A DNA stretch of 64,000 nt from Candidatus Latescibacterota bacterium (GTDB lineage Bacteria; Latescibacterota; CBDEFO01). The position numbers were made by a program, and so were the translations under genes. Below, piece after piece: positions 39,050 to 48,688 of this stretch (within the stretch, counting starts at the first letter, position 1; each line of letters opens with the position of its first letter). Below the pieces are notes generated by a model, which had not been told where the DNA came from, searched no databases, and worked only from the letters and a program-made list of their open reading frames with translations. The DNA is taken from contig OZ252149.1 of the NCBI GenBank assembly GCA_965248755.1, positions 3,872,001 to 3,936,000 on the forward strand. Direction: 5' to 3'.

Positions 39050-41266
39050 CTACTCCTTAATACCTATAATCTGAGAGGTCTGGCTCTGCAGTTCGACAAG
39101 CCTGTCGAACACACCTCCTTTAGCCATCAGTTCCTCGTGGCTTCCTACCTCTGCTACCTTTCCGTCCTCCAATATGACCAGTCTATCTGCATATCTTAAG
39201 GTGCTTAGCCTGTGAGCAATAGCAAACGTCGTCCTGCCTTTAATTAACCGTTTTATAGCCTCCTGTATCTGCTTTTCTGTCTCAGTGTCCACCGAGGATG
39301 TTGCCTCGTCTAAGATCAATATGCGGGGATTGTGCAATATGGCACGAGCAATTGAGATGCGCTGCTTTTCTCCCACTGAGAGTCTACCTCCCCGTTCTCC
39401 CACCTGCGTGTCGTAGCCGTCAGGTTTTGCCACTATGAAGTTGTGTGCGTTTGCGGCTTCGGCGGCCTGGATTACCTCCTCAAAGGTCGCATCTGGTCTG
39501 CCGTAGGAGATATTCTCAGCTATTGTGCCGTTGAAGAGAAACGGCTCCTGGAGGACGACGCCTATCTGTTTTCTGAGGTCTTCTAACTTTATGTCTTTGA
39601 CCTCCATACCGTCTATCTTCAGGGAACCACTATCCACGTCGTAGAATCGGCAGATCAGGTTGATCGTGGTGGTCTTGCCCGCTCCCGATTTGCCCACCAG
39701 TCCTATCATCTCTCCCGGTTTTACATCCAGGTCGATGTTCTTCAGCACCGGTTTGCTCTTATCGTAGCCAAACGTTACGTCCTCAAAGGTCACCTGTCCT
39801 TTCATGTCGGGTAGAGGGATCGCCCTGGGGTTTTCATAGCCCTCGGGTTTTGTGTCTATAATCTCGAATATACGTTCAGCGCCGGAGAAGGCTCGCGTCA
39901 CCCAGCTATTCAGCTGGGTGAGCCAGCGAAGAGGGCCGTAAAAGAGCCACGAGTAGCTGTAGAATGCCCACAGTTGGCCGAGCGTCAGTTCTTCTCCCAA
40001 CACCTGTTTTCCTCCCACGATCCAGATGATCAGAGTACCAACTCCGGCGATAAGGCCCGCTGTCGAGGAGAATAAGGCCCATTTGCGCTCGGTGAAGTAA
40101 CCTATCTTGAACAGGTCGACGCTTTTCTCATCGAATCGGTGGATCTCACGCTTTTCCTGCGCGAACGCCTTGACCACCCTGATCCCGGAGAGTGACTCTT
40201 CTATCCGAGCGGAGAACTGCGCCCATTGCCGCCACCACTTTCGGTAATAGACCCGCAGGCGCTTCCAGAGCAGGCCGTTCCAGATAATGATGAAGGGAAC
40301 AGGAATCATCAGATAGAGGGTCAGCACCCAGTTCATGTGGAAGAGCATGCCGACGATCCCGAAGAAGAGGAGACACCGGAGAACTATGTAGGGCAGTCCG
40401 TCGACAAGGAAGTATTTGAGGGTCTGTGTATCGTTCGTCACACGAGACATTAGAGCCCCGATCTGTTTCTTGTCGTAGAACTGCAGGGAGAGGAGCTCCA
40501 ACTGTCTGAAGACGTCGGCTCGTATGTCCGCAACGACCCGGGCACCGAGCCAGGCGACTATCCAACCGTGGATCATCTCTGCTCCCCAGGTCAGGAGTCT
40601 GACCCCACCTAACCCTAAGACCAGTAAGAGAAGGAGGTGTGCATTTGCGTGCTTTAACGCGTCGTCTATGATCCACTGGCTCAGCTTAGGAGGAATCAGT
40701 TCCGCGGCGGTGCTGACCAGCGAGACGGCTACCACACCTACTGCCTTGCCTGTATGGGGCTTGAGATACCGGCAGAGCCGGGCAAAGACCTGCCACTTCT
40801 TAACGCAGGCGGGACAGATACCGTTCCGCTCCGGCAGCAGGCGGCCGCATTTATCGCAGCGAGTTCTGTCCTCTTCTTCAGAAAGACGTAGCGGATCCCC
40901 ACGAGAAAGCTGCTGGATTCCCCGCGTCACCTCTGAAAACTTCTCTTTCATGCTGCTGGAGTAGTAAAGGTGTTCAGTTTGCTTCCCCTTAACCGAAAGC
41001 TCCAGCCGTCCGCCGCCCACCAACGGCTCCGTCTTAGCCTCGGTGATCTCCTTCAACGGGAGTTCAACCGTCCCGTTGCGCCCATCCGGCGAGAACATCA
41101 GCACCCTTCGGTCTGTGACTACCATCCAGCGTTCACCGTAGGTTCGATCTTCCGCCAAATCGGTGGAGACGCTGATATTCACACGCTCGTCCCTTTGAAC
41201 AATCCTTTTGAACTTCTCTTCTATGTAGGAAGGCATCGCCTCTTGGAATCTCATTGTCTGCTCCAT
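39050..41266 (-). CDS. ABC exporter paralog with degenerate signature
   Basis: GKSGAGKT, LSVGEKQR; same architecture as its neighbour. Confidence 0.93.
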   Translation of the reverse strand: MEQTMRFQEAMPSYIEEKFKRIVQRDERVNISVSTDLAEDRTYGERWMVVTDRRVLMFSPDGRNGTVELPLKEITEAKTEPLVGGGRLELSVKGKQTEHLYYSSSMKEKFSEVTRGIQQLSRGDPLRLSEEEDRTRCDKCGRLLPERNGICPACVKKWQVFARLCRYLKPHTGKAVGVVAVSLVSTAAELIPPKLSQWIIDDALKHANAHLLLLLVLGLGGVRLLTWGAEMIHGWIVAWLGARVVADIRADVFRQLELLSLQFYDKKQIGALMSRVTNDTQTLKYFLVDGLPYIVLRCLLFFGIVGMLFHMNWVLTLYLMIPVPFIIIWNGLLWKRLRVYYRKWWRQWAQFSARIEESLSGIRVVKAFAQEKREIHRFDEKSVDLFKIGYFTERKWALFSSTAGLIAGVGTLIIWIVGGKQVLGEELTLGQLWAFYSYSWLFYGPLRWLTQLNSWVTRAFSGAERIFEIIDTKPEGYENPRAIPLPDMKGQVTFEDVTFGYDKSKPVLKNIDLDVKPGEMIGLVGKSGAGKTTTINLICRFYDVDSGSLKIDGMEVKDIKLEDLRKQIGVVLQEPFLFNGTIAENISYGRPDATFEEVIQAAEAANAHNFIVAKPDGYDTQVGERGGRLSVGEKQRISIARAILHNPRILILDEATSSVDTETEKQIQEAIKRLIKGRTTFAIAHRLSTLRYADRLVILEDGKVAEVGSHEELMAKGGVFDRLVELQSQTSQIIGIKE

Positions 41267-41302
41267 AAAGTAAGAAAGGACTATGGATTAAACAAGTTCA
41301 AT

Positions 41303-41341
41303 AAAAAAGAGCCGCAGGGGAAGATCCCCGCGACTCTTTTT
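41303..41341 (-). terminator. Intrinsic terminator (attenuator) just upstream of the ABC operon
   Basis: AAAAAGAGTCGCGGGG-ATCTT-CCCCTGCGGCTC-TTTTTT on the minus strand. Confidence 0.8.
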
Positions 41342-41371
41342 GTATATAAAGTCGTCTCTATGGCAATATAT

Positions 41372-41467
41372 TCACCAAGGAGGATCTTCTCCCGAAGGAG
41401 GTACACAGAGGACTGCCTCATTAAGCAGACTGGAAATTATATATTTATTTACCGTAATATTTGACAT
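41372..41467 (-). CDS. Putative leader peptide MSNITVNKYIISSLLNEAVLCVPPSGEDPPW (31 aa)
   Basis: SD-like AGGAGAAGG before the ATG; lies between a consensus promoter and the terminator. Confidence 0.6.
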   Translation of the reverse strand: MSNITVNKYIISSLLNEAVLCVPPSGEDPPW

Positions 41468-41612
41468 TTTCTGCAACCTTCTCCTAACGAGGCAAGTGTA
41501 CGCACTTATCCTCTTAAAAGTAGGTATAAAGATTCCATGCGCAATAAAACCATTTCGAAAGCTCTCTGCAAAGGGTGTCTCCAATACTATGCATCAACAT
41601 CCTTAATTTATA

Positions 41613-41641
41613 AGTATACACAATAAGGCTTCTCTTGTCAA
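41613..41641 (-). promoter_or_regulatory. Near-consensus sigma70 promoter of the ABC operon leader
   Basis: TTGACA-17 nt-TATACT. Confidence 0.75.
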
Positions 41642-41721
41642 ACATTTTGTCAAAATGTTTTCGCCTGCCAGGGATTTTAGAATGGAGTGAAGTACGGGGA
41701 GTTCCACTCTCGAAGTTTCTG

Positions 41722-41750
41722 TTGACAAGGGTGCGCAGTCAGCTTATTAT
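41722..41750 (+). promoter_or_regulatory. Divergent sigma70-like promoter
   Basis: TTGACA-17 nt-TATTAT. Confidence 0.6.
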
Positions 41751-41887
41751 AGACTATATTTTTGGGGTATTTGTATACAATTTGAACATATAATGTAAGG
41801 GGGGTGCCCGCCCCTACTAAAACTATGAATTGCGATCAGAACAAGAATAGACTCGATCCCGCTGGTATCGAAGGGGAAAGATTGAAG

Positions 41888-42526
41888 ATGGGCTATCGCT
41901 TCAAATCTAATTGGAAGGTCGTAGCATCTATATTGGCGTCACTTGGTGCAATATCTCTCCTTATCATAAACTTTGCTCCTATCTACAAGGAGCTGCTCTT
42001 TTTGACCCTCTATTCTATACCCTCCAACTCTTTCATACCCGGAATACCACACGAGCCTGCGGTCATCTACGCCGGAACGCTCTACCATCCGCTAGAAGTC
42101 GCCCTTTTTGCCTCTTTGGGGACCTGCATAGCCGCGATTATAGACTACCACGTTTTGACCCCTGTCTTAACACACGAAAAGGCAAAAGCCCTGAAAAAAC
42201 AGAAGATATATAAGATTTCACTCCGATACTTCGGCAAAGCGCCCTTCATAAGTTTAGTGATAGCTGCTTTCTTTCCAGTGCCCTTTTTCCCTTTCAGAAT
42301 TCTGAGCATAGCAAGCAGTTATCCATTTAAGCGATATTTCTTGTCCGTATTCTTGGCCAGAACGCCCCGCTATTATCTCTTAGCCCTTTTGGGGGATACT
42401 TTCCGCTTTCCTATATGGATCATCGCCGCCTTGTTCCTCGTCCTTATAGCCTACAATCTGATCGAAAAATATTACAAAAAATGGGCTTACAAGAAAAGGG
42501 GATCCAAGATGTTGGAAGCTCCGTGA
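41888..42526 (+). CDS. VTT/DedA (YqaA-like) membrane protein
   Basis: Multi-TM; PHEP, ASLGT, PVPF, ARTPRY motifs. Confidence 0.75.
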   Translation: MGYRFKSNWKVVASILASLGAISLLIINFAPIYKELLFLTLYSIPSNSFIPGIPHEPAVIYAGTLYHPLEVALFASLGTCIAAIIDYHVLTPVLTHEKAKALKKQKIYKISLRYFGKAPFISLVIAAFFPVPFFPFRILSIASSYPFKRYFLSVFLARTPRYYLLALLGDTFRFPIWIIAALFLVLIAYNLIEKYYKKWAYKKRGSKMLEAP

Positions 42527-42609
42527 CATATTTCATTCTCGGTGATCCTGATCACAGAGATCTTTAAATCATTAAATTATATTAAGCCCAGTCTTGATTC
42601 CTTTCCCGC

Positions 42610-42654
42610 AGAGGCGTCGGTGGGAGCTCCAATTCCCGTTGACGCCTCTTTTTT
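42610..42654 (+). terminator. Intrinsic terminator
   Basis: AGAGGCGTC...GACGCCTCT followed by a T tract. Confidence 0.8.
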
Positions 42655-42765
42655 CTTGACTTGAAGGGGATGATCGCTTAAAGTGTACACAGTCATCCCT
42701 GTAAATGCAGGGGCCAGATTACTTCGCCTCTACTATCTTATTCATTATCCAACTTCTGTCCCTAA

Positions 42766-44526
42766 ATGATAAAGATAAAGAACATCACTCTTGAGCTAAG
42801 CGGAAGGAACGTCCTTTCGGAGATCAATCTTTGTATATATCCTGGAGAATCCATAGCCATAATCGGATCTAACGGTTCGGGAAAGACTACGCTTGCCCGG
42901 TGCATCAACGGACTTTTGATCCCGAAGATCGGTGAGGTAACGGTGGAGGGCATGCCCACTTCTGATCAGAATAATATCTGGGAGATCAGGCGCAGGGTGG
43001 GAATGATTTTCCAAACCCCCGATGACCAGATAGTTTCCACGACGGTCGAAAGAGAGATAGCGTTCGGACTCGAAAATCTGGGAATAGAGCTCAAACGGAT
43101 GGTCGAAATAGTGGAGGATACGTTGGAGAGGTTCCATCTTGGAGAATATCGCCATCATCCGCCGCATCGGCTATCAGGAGGAGAAAAGCAGCGCCTATCT
43201 ATAGCGTCTGTTCTGGCTATGAGTCCCGATTATCTGATTTTGGACGAGCCGACATCCCTCTTAGATCCGGATGGACAAAGCCAGGTACGGGGGATCCTTA
43301 ACGACATTCGGAAAGAAGGAGAGATAGCGACGATCCTGATCACTCAGTTCCCCGAAGAAGCCGCCGAAGCTGATCGTCTGATAGTCCTCGAATCTGGCAG
43401 AATTAGGATGGATGGTCCCCCACAACAGGTATTTGGGGAGTCGGAACTCTTGGAAACCTTGGGGCTTGAGGCCCCTTTTCCCTTTCGATTGGCGTCAGCC
43501 CTCACGAGCGGGGGGATTACGCTGGATGGTTCTCCTTTCCGGTCTTCGGATATAGTAGGGCAACTCGTACACCTGTATAAGCCCCTATTGACATCCTCTG
43601 ATATGACACCTGCAACATCACGGAGGGGACGTTCCTCGTGCCGCTCCCTGGGAAGGGAAAACGATCATCCGATAAAACTATCTGCTGAAGGTGTATCTTA
43701 TATCTATGACATGGGTCTGCCCACCCAGAGAAATGCCCTCTCTAATGCAAATATCCACGTCAAGAGATCGGATTTTATGGCTCTGGTGGGACCCAACGGC
43801 TCGGGTAAGACGACGCTCGTTCAACACTTCAACGGTCTCTTAAAGCCCACATCGGGGCGCATCCTTCTGGACGCAGAAGACATCTGGTCTCTCGGAAGCG
43901 ATCTTTCCAAAATCCGCCAAAGGGTCGGCCTGGTCTTCCAGTTTCCCGAACTTCAGCTCTTCGATAAGACGATCTTTGACGATGTGGCTTTTGGCCCCAG
44001 AAATCTGGAATGGAACGAAAAGAAGGTAAAGGAGAATGTCCACAGCGCCCTTGAGGCTGTCGATTTAGTCTCTGCAAACTACTTGGACAGGTCCCCTTTA
44101 TCGTTGAGCGATGGGGAAAAGCGCAGAGTCGCCATTGCGGGGATCTTAGCAATGTCCCCTGAAGTTCTGATTTTGGATGAACCGACTGCCGGTTTAGATC
44201 CTAAGGGTGCTAAAAAGATAATTTCCATATTGAAAGAGTTTAACAGCTCTGGAGGAACCGTTTTGATCATCTCTCACAACTTTGATCTTATAGCTGAGAC
44301 TGCCGTAGGGATTGTGGTTTTGGACAGTGGGGAGGTTAAGATGGAGGGAGGTACGTCTGACATACTCTCAAGCTGTGACGAACTTTATGCGCTTGGACTC
44401 AGACCGCCAGAATCCGTACAGATATTGACGAGCCTTAGATCTTCAGGATGGAACGTAAGAACCGACCTTTTGACGCTGGAAGATGCAAAGGAGGAGATCA
44501 TAAGGGTCATTCTTGGGTTTTCTTAA
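42766..44526 (+). CDS. ECF transporter ATPase, fused EcfA1-EcfA2
   Basis: Two NBDs with FQTPDDQ/FQFPELQ and E(D)IAFG(L/P)EN motifs. Confidence 0.9.
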   Translation: MIKIKNITLELSGRNVLSEINLCIYPGESIAIIGSNGSGKTTLARCINGLLIPKIGEVTVEGMPTSDQNNIWEIRRRVGMIFQTPDDQIVSTTVEREIAFGLENLGIELKRMVEIVEDTLERFHLGEYRHHPPHRLSGGEKQRLSIASVLAMSPDYLILDEPTSLLDPDGQSQVRGILNDIRKEGEIATILITQFPEEAAEADRLIVLESGRIRMDGPPQQVFGESELLETLGLEAPFPFRLASALTSGGITLDGSPFRSSDIVGQLVHLYKPLLTSSDMTPATSRRGRSSCRSLGRENDHPIKLSAEGVSYIYDMGLPTQRNALSNANIHVKRSDFMALVGPNGSGKTTLVQHFNGLLKPTSGRILLDAEDIWSLGSDLSKIRQRVGLVFQFPELQLFDKTIFDDVAFGPRNLEWNEKKVKENVHSALEAVDLVSANYLDRSPLSLSDGEKRRVAIAGILAMSPEVLILDEPTAGLDPKGAKKIISILKEFNSSGGTVLIISHNFDLIAETAVGIVVLDSGEVKMEGGTSDILSSCDELYALGLRPPESVQILTSLRSSGWNVRTDLLTLEDAKEEIIRVILGFS

Positions 44527-45368
44527 AGCCGATAAAAACGTTCAGCGGTGCCATAAAAAAGGTGGTACTTCTCCTCATCGGAGGCGTCGGCTGTAGCCTC
44601 CTGCACGGCCCCCAGCCAGCGACCGTAGTCGGACGCAAGTGTGCAAACCGGCCAGTCGCTGCCGAACATCAGACGGTCAAAGCCGAAGGCGTCTATGACA
44701 TGATCGATATAGGGCTTGAGGTCTTGCGCCGTCCACGTTTCCATATCGGCTTCCGTCACCAGGCCCGATAGCTTGCAGACTACGTTGTCTTCAGACGCTA
44801 ACTCGCGGATGTGGGTCGCCCAGGGTTCCGTAACGCCTCCTTTAATATCGGGTTTGCCGATGTGATCCAGAACAAAGGATACCTCAGGCGCCTCACGCAC
44901 TAACTGGATGACTGCCGGGAGTTGATGGTGTATAATACAAACGTCGAAGGAGAGACTGAACTTCTCCAGGAGCCGAACGCCGTTGACAAATGCCGGACGG
45001 GCACAGAAATAGCTATCTTCCTCGCTCTGAATCAACCGTCGGACGCCTTTCAGCTTAGGATGTCTTGGCAACTGCTCTAGATACGCTTCGACTTCAGGAT
45101 CCTCAATCGGCGCCCACGCTACCACGCCCTCGATAGGAGTACCAGGGCTGTCGGCCAGAGACAAGATCCACAAAGTCTCATCGCGGGAACACTCTGAAGT
45201 GGCATTGGCCTGCGCAAACACCGATTTGACGACATTCAGACCGGAGATCGCCTCCTGGTAGTCCGAGATGAAATAGCTCCGATTGATGGCGGGAACTTCA
45301 TTTAGCCAGTCATATCTGAGCCTTTTAAGGTCCCAAAGATGGTGATGGGCGTCTATGATGGGCTGCAT
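44523..45368 (-). CDS. Amidohydrolase (L-fuconolactonase-like)
   Basis: IDAHHHLW, LDHIGKP, KLSGL, FGSDWPV. Confidence 0.9.
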   Translation of the reverse strand: MQPIIDAHHHLWDLKRLRYDWLNEVPAINRSYFISDYQEAISGLNVVKSVFAQANATSECSRDETLWILSLADSPGTPIEGVVAWAPIEDPEVEAYLEQLPRHPKLKGVRRLIQSEEDSYFCARPAFVNGVRLLEKFSLSFDVCIIHHQLPAVIQLVREAPEVSFVLDHIGKPDIKGGVTEPWATHIRELASEDNVVCKLSGLVTEADMETWTAQDLKPYIDHVIDAFGFDRLMFGSDWPVCTLASDYGRWLGAVQEATADASDEEKYHLFYGTAERFYRL

Positions 45369-45496
45369 AGGTAGGTCTCCTTGTATTTTCGATGCACTAT
45401 GAGCGCATCTTTTTACATCCTCGGCAATGGCGCAGATTCGTTATTTCTCGTAAAGGGAATTCTGCGCATTTTCAGACTCCGTTTTCTGCTGTTAGG

Positions 45497-45709
45497 TCAG
45501 TTGGTGAAAAGATCGAATATCTTCCCGAGCTTACTGGCATCATCAGTCTTATACATCTCCGTATATTTGCAGCGAGTGCAAGTCACTGACGAAAAGCGTC
45601 TGCCTTGTACATCGAAGATAGCGCTCCAGAATCCCCCTGACACTCGGATTTCCCCTATCTCATGATCGGTGTTCTCACACTTTGGACACTTGAAATTCAG
45701 CTTCGTTAT
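45497..45709 (-). CDS. Zinc-ribbon protein (DUF2082-like)
   Basis: CPKC...FDVQ...CTRCKYTEMY...IFDLF. Start uncertain: ATA at 45709 follows AAAGGAG. Confidence 0.75.
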   Translation of the reverse strand: MTKLNFKCPKCENTDHEIGEIRVSGGFWSAIFDVQGRRFSSVTCTRCKYTEMYKTDDASKLGKIFDLFTN

Positions 45710-45772
45710 TTCGACTGCTCCTTTGATATATCCATGCGGGATCGCAAAGGAAGAACGTGCCAAATCACTATA

Positions 45773-48658
45773 TCAGCGTTGCGCAAGAGGATTCAGCAAC
45801 ACCGATACATTATCGTCGGAAGAATTTGCCACAGCTAAGTCGTTATCCCCATCGCCGTCTAAATCCGAAATGAAAACTGAATACGGACGATTCCCTGCAC
45901 CGTAGTCCACTTTGCGTGTGAATGTTCCGTCTCCACGATTCAATAACACCGATACATTATCGCTGCCCTTATTGGCCACAGCTATGTCATTATCACCGTC
46001 GCCATCCAAATCCGTACTGAAAATTGAATAGGGGCCATCCCCAGCAGCATAGTCCACCCTATCTGCAAATTGCCCATCTCCGTTATTCAATAGTACTGAT
46101 ACATTATCGCTGAAAACATTTGCAACAGCCAAGTCATTATCACCATCCCCATCTAAATCAGCACTGAACACCGAACGGGGACTACCTCCAACATCATAGT
46201 TCAGCCTATCTGCAAATAGGCCATCTCCGTTATTCAATAGTACTGATACATTATCGCTGAAAACATTTGCCACAGCCAAGTCATTATCACCATCCCCATC
46301 TAAATCAGCACTGAACACTGAACGGGGATCAGCTCCTGTGCTATAGTTCATCTTATCTGCAAATTGCCCATCTCCATTATTCAGCAGCACCGATACAGTA
46401 CTCCTGACGCTCCCTGTATTAGTTACAACTAAGTCCTTGTCGCCATCGCCATCCAAATCTGCGCCGAATACTGAGTAAGGGTCGTTACCAGCGGCATAGT
46501 CCACCTTATCTATAAATTGTCCATCTCCATTATTCAGCAGCACTGACACAGTACCGCTCTTTTTATTTGCTACAGCTATATCGTTATCCCCATCCCCGTC
46601 TAAATCGGAAATGAAAACTGACATGGGTTCATCCCCAACGGCATAGTCCACTTTATCTGCAAATTTCCCATCTCCATTATTTAGCAACACTGACACGTTA
46701 TCGCTGTTCTGATTAGCTACTGCCAGATCGTTATCTCTATCTCCATCTAAATCGGAAACGAATACTGAATAGGGGCCATCCCCAACTGCGTAGTCAGCCT
46801 TAAGAACAGAGATAGCAGGAATATCAATAAAAGCAAATCCGCCAGGGGGCGCGTCGGCGGGACCATCGGGCTTTGTGGCTATTACATCCACAGTATCCGA
46901 AGGATGAGCGGGAATCTCAGCAGTGATGGTATCAACGGGCACAGCTATGTCCAAAGCTGAGGTATCTTCGACAACGAAAATTGCATGGAGACTATCCCCG
47001 AGGGCATGGTCAACCTGAAGCTCAGAGATAGAAGCAGTGTCAGCAGAATAAATTCCACTGAGGAGCGTGTCTGCGGGACTATCGGGCCTTGTGGCTATCA
47101 CATTCACAGTATCCGAAGGATGAGCGGGAATCTCAGCAGTGATGGTATCGAGGGGCACGGCTATGTCCAAAGCTGAGGTATCTTGGACAACGAAACTTGT
47201 ATGGAGACTATCCCCGAGGGCATGGTCAACCTGAAGCTCAGAGATAGAAGGAGTGTCAGTAGAAGAAATTCCACTGAGGAGCGTGTCTGCGAGACTATGG
47301 GGTTCTGTGGCTGTTACATCTACGGTGTCCGAAGGATCAGCGGGAGTCTCAGCAATTATGGTATCAACGGACACGGCTACATCAGTAACCACACTATCCT
47401 GGAAAGCAAGCGTTGCTTCCCGGTGCATAGTGCTATCTGCAACGGCCTCAGGTACGCCGCTCAATTCTGTGTCTTGCGCTTGATTGATCCCCGATAGACT
47501 CAATCGGGGATCGGGGGTAGGACTAACAGATGCCACAAGGGTAGCAGAGAGGTTCAAAAGCACTGACACATTATGGCTCTTTTGGTTAGCCACAGCCAAG
47601 TCGTTATCACCATCGTCATCTAGGTCCGAAATAAATACTGAATGAGGACCATCTCCCGCACCATAGATCCCCGTAAGCGCAAATTGCCCATCTCCATTGT
47701 TCAACAAGACCGATACATTTCCGCTGATGAACCCAGCATTAGCCACAGCTAAGTCATTATCCCCATCCCCATCTAAATCCGAGATGAAAACTGATGAGGG
47801 ACTACTCCCAGCATCATAGTCCACCTTATCCGCAAATTGCCCATCTCCATTGTTCAACAAGACCGATACATTTCCGCTGATGAACCCAGCATTAGCCACA
47901 GCTAAGTCACTGTCGCCATCTCCGTCTAAATCCGAGATGAAAACTGATGAGGGACTACTCCCAGCATCATAGTCCACCTTATCCGCAAATTGCCCATCTC
48001 CATTGTTCAACAAGACCGATACATTTCCGCTGATGAATCCAGCATTAGCCACAGCTAAATCACTGTCGCCATCTCCGTCTAAATCCGCACTGAAGAGTGA
48101 TATGGGTTCAAAGCCAACGACATAGTCCACCTTGTCTGAAAATGTTCCGTCTCCGGTGTTAAAAAGAACTGATACACTATTGCTGCCCGCATTAGGTGCG
48201 GCTATGTCATTATCACCATCGCCATCCAAATCCTTACTGAATACTGAACGGGGATTGATTCCAACGGCATAGTCCATAGCGTCTGCAAATGTCCCGTCTC
48301 CCTTATTCAATAATACAGATACGTTATCGCTGAAGCCATTAGCTACAGCCAGATCGTTATCTCCATCTCCGTCCAAATCCACGCTGAAAACTGAAAGAGG
48401 TTCAAATCCAGCGGCATAGTCCACCCTGGCTGAGAATGTCCCATCGCCGTTGTTAAAGAGTACCGATATACTATCACTGTTTACATTAGTTATCGCTAAG
48501 TCACTATCGCCATCCCCATCCAAATCCGCACTGAATACAGAATGCGGACCATCCCCAGCATCGTATTCGGTCTTGAGTCCGAAAAGGCCTTGTGCATAGG
48601 AAGGTGCATTCAGAACGACTAACAGCATCAAAGCAATATATGAGATATCTTGCCTCAT
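45773..48658 (-). CDS. Secreted FG-GAP/VCBS repeat protein: two propeller blocks separated by an acidic repeat linker
   Basis: Signal peptide; repeated DLDGDGDNDLAVAN...VSVLLN. Confidence 0.9.
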   Translation of the reverse strand: MRQDISYIALMLLVVLNAPSYAQGLFGLKTEYDAGDGPHSVFSADLDGDGDSDLAITNVNSDSISVLFNNGDGTFSARVDYAAGFEPLSVFSVDLDGDGDNDLAVANGFSDNVSVLLNKGDGTFADAMDYAVGINPRSVFSKDLDGDGDNDIAAPNAGSNSVSVLFNTGDGTFSDKVDYVVGFEPISLFSADLDGDGDSDLAVANAGFISGNVSVLLNNGDGQFADKVDYDAGSSPSSVFISDLDGDGDSDLAVANAGFISGNVSVLLNNGDGQFADKVDYDAGSSPSSVFISDLDGDGDNDLAVANAGFISGNVSVLLNNGDGQFALTGIYGAGDGPHSVFISDLDDDGDNDLAVANQKSHNVSVLLNLSATLVASVSPTPDPRLSLSGINQAQDTELSGVPEAVADSTMHREATLAFQDSVVTDVAVSVDTIIAETPADPSDTVDVTATEPHSLADTLLSGISSTDTPSISELQVDHALGDSLHTSFVVQDTSALDIAVPLDTITAEIPAHPSDTVNVIATRPDSPADTLLSGIYSADTASISELQVDHALGDSLHAIFVVEDTSALDIAVPVDTITAEIPAHPSDTVDVIATKPDGPADAPPGGFAFIDIPAISVLKADYAVGDGPYSVFVSDLDGDRDNDLAVANQNSDNVSVLLNNGDGKFADKVDYAVGDEPMSVFISDLDGDGDNDIAVANKKSGTVSVLLNNGDGQFIDKVDYAAGNDPYSVFGADLDGDGDKDLVVTNTGSVRSTVSVLLNNGDGQFADKMNYSTGADPRSVFSADLDGDGDNDLAVANVFSDNVSVLLNNGDGLFADRLNYDVGGSPRSVFSADLDGDGDNDLAVANVFSDNVSVLLNNGDGQFADRVDYAAGDGPYSIFSTDLDGDGDNDIAVANKGSDNVSVLLNRGDGTFTRKVDYGAGNRPYSVFISDLDGDGDNDLAVANSSDDNVSVLLNPLAQR
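46860..47400. repeat. About three 180-bp intragenic repeats encoding the acidic linker
   Basis: DTITAEIPAHPSDTV and ISELQVDHALGDSLH recur at 60-aa spacing. Confidence 0.85.
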
Positions 48659-48688
48659 CTAATTATCTTAATTATCTCTGGAAGGAGT

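Noticed and set aside
45740..45765. Sigma54 promoter TGGCAC...TTGC
   Set aside because: Spacing is too long for a -24/-12 element.
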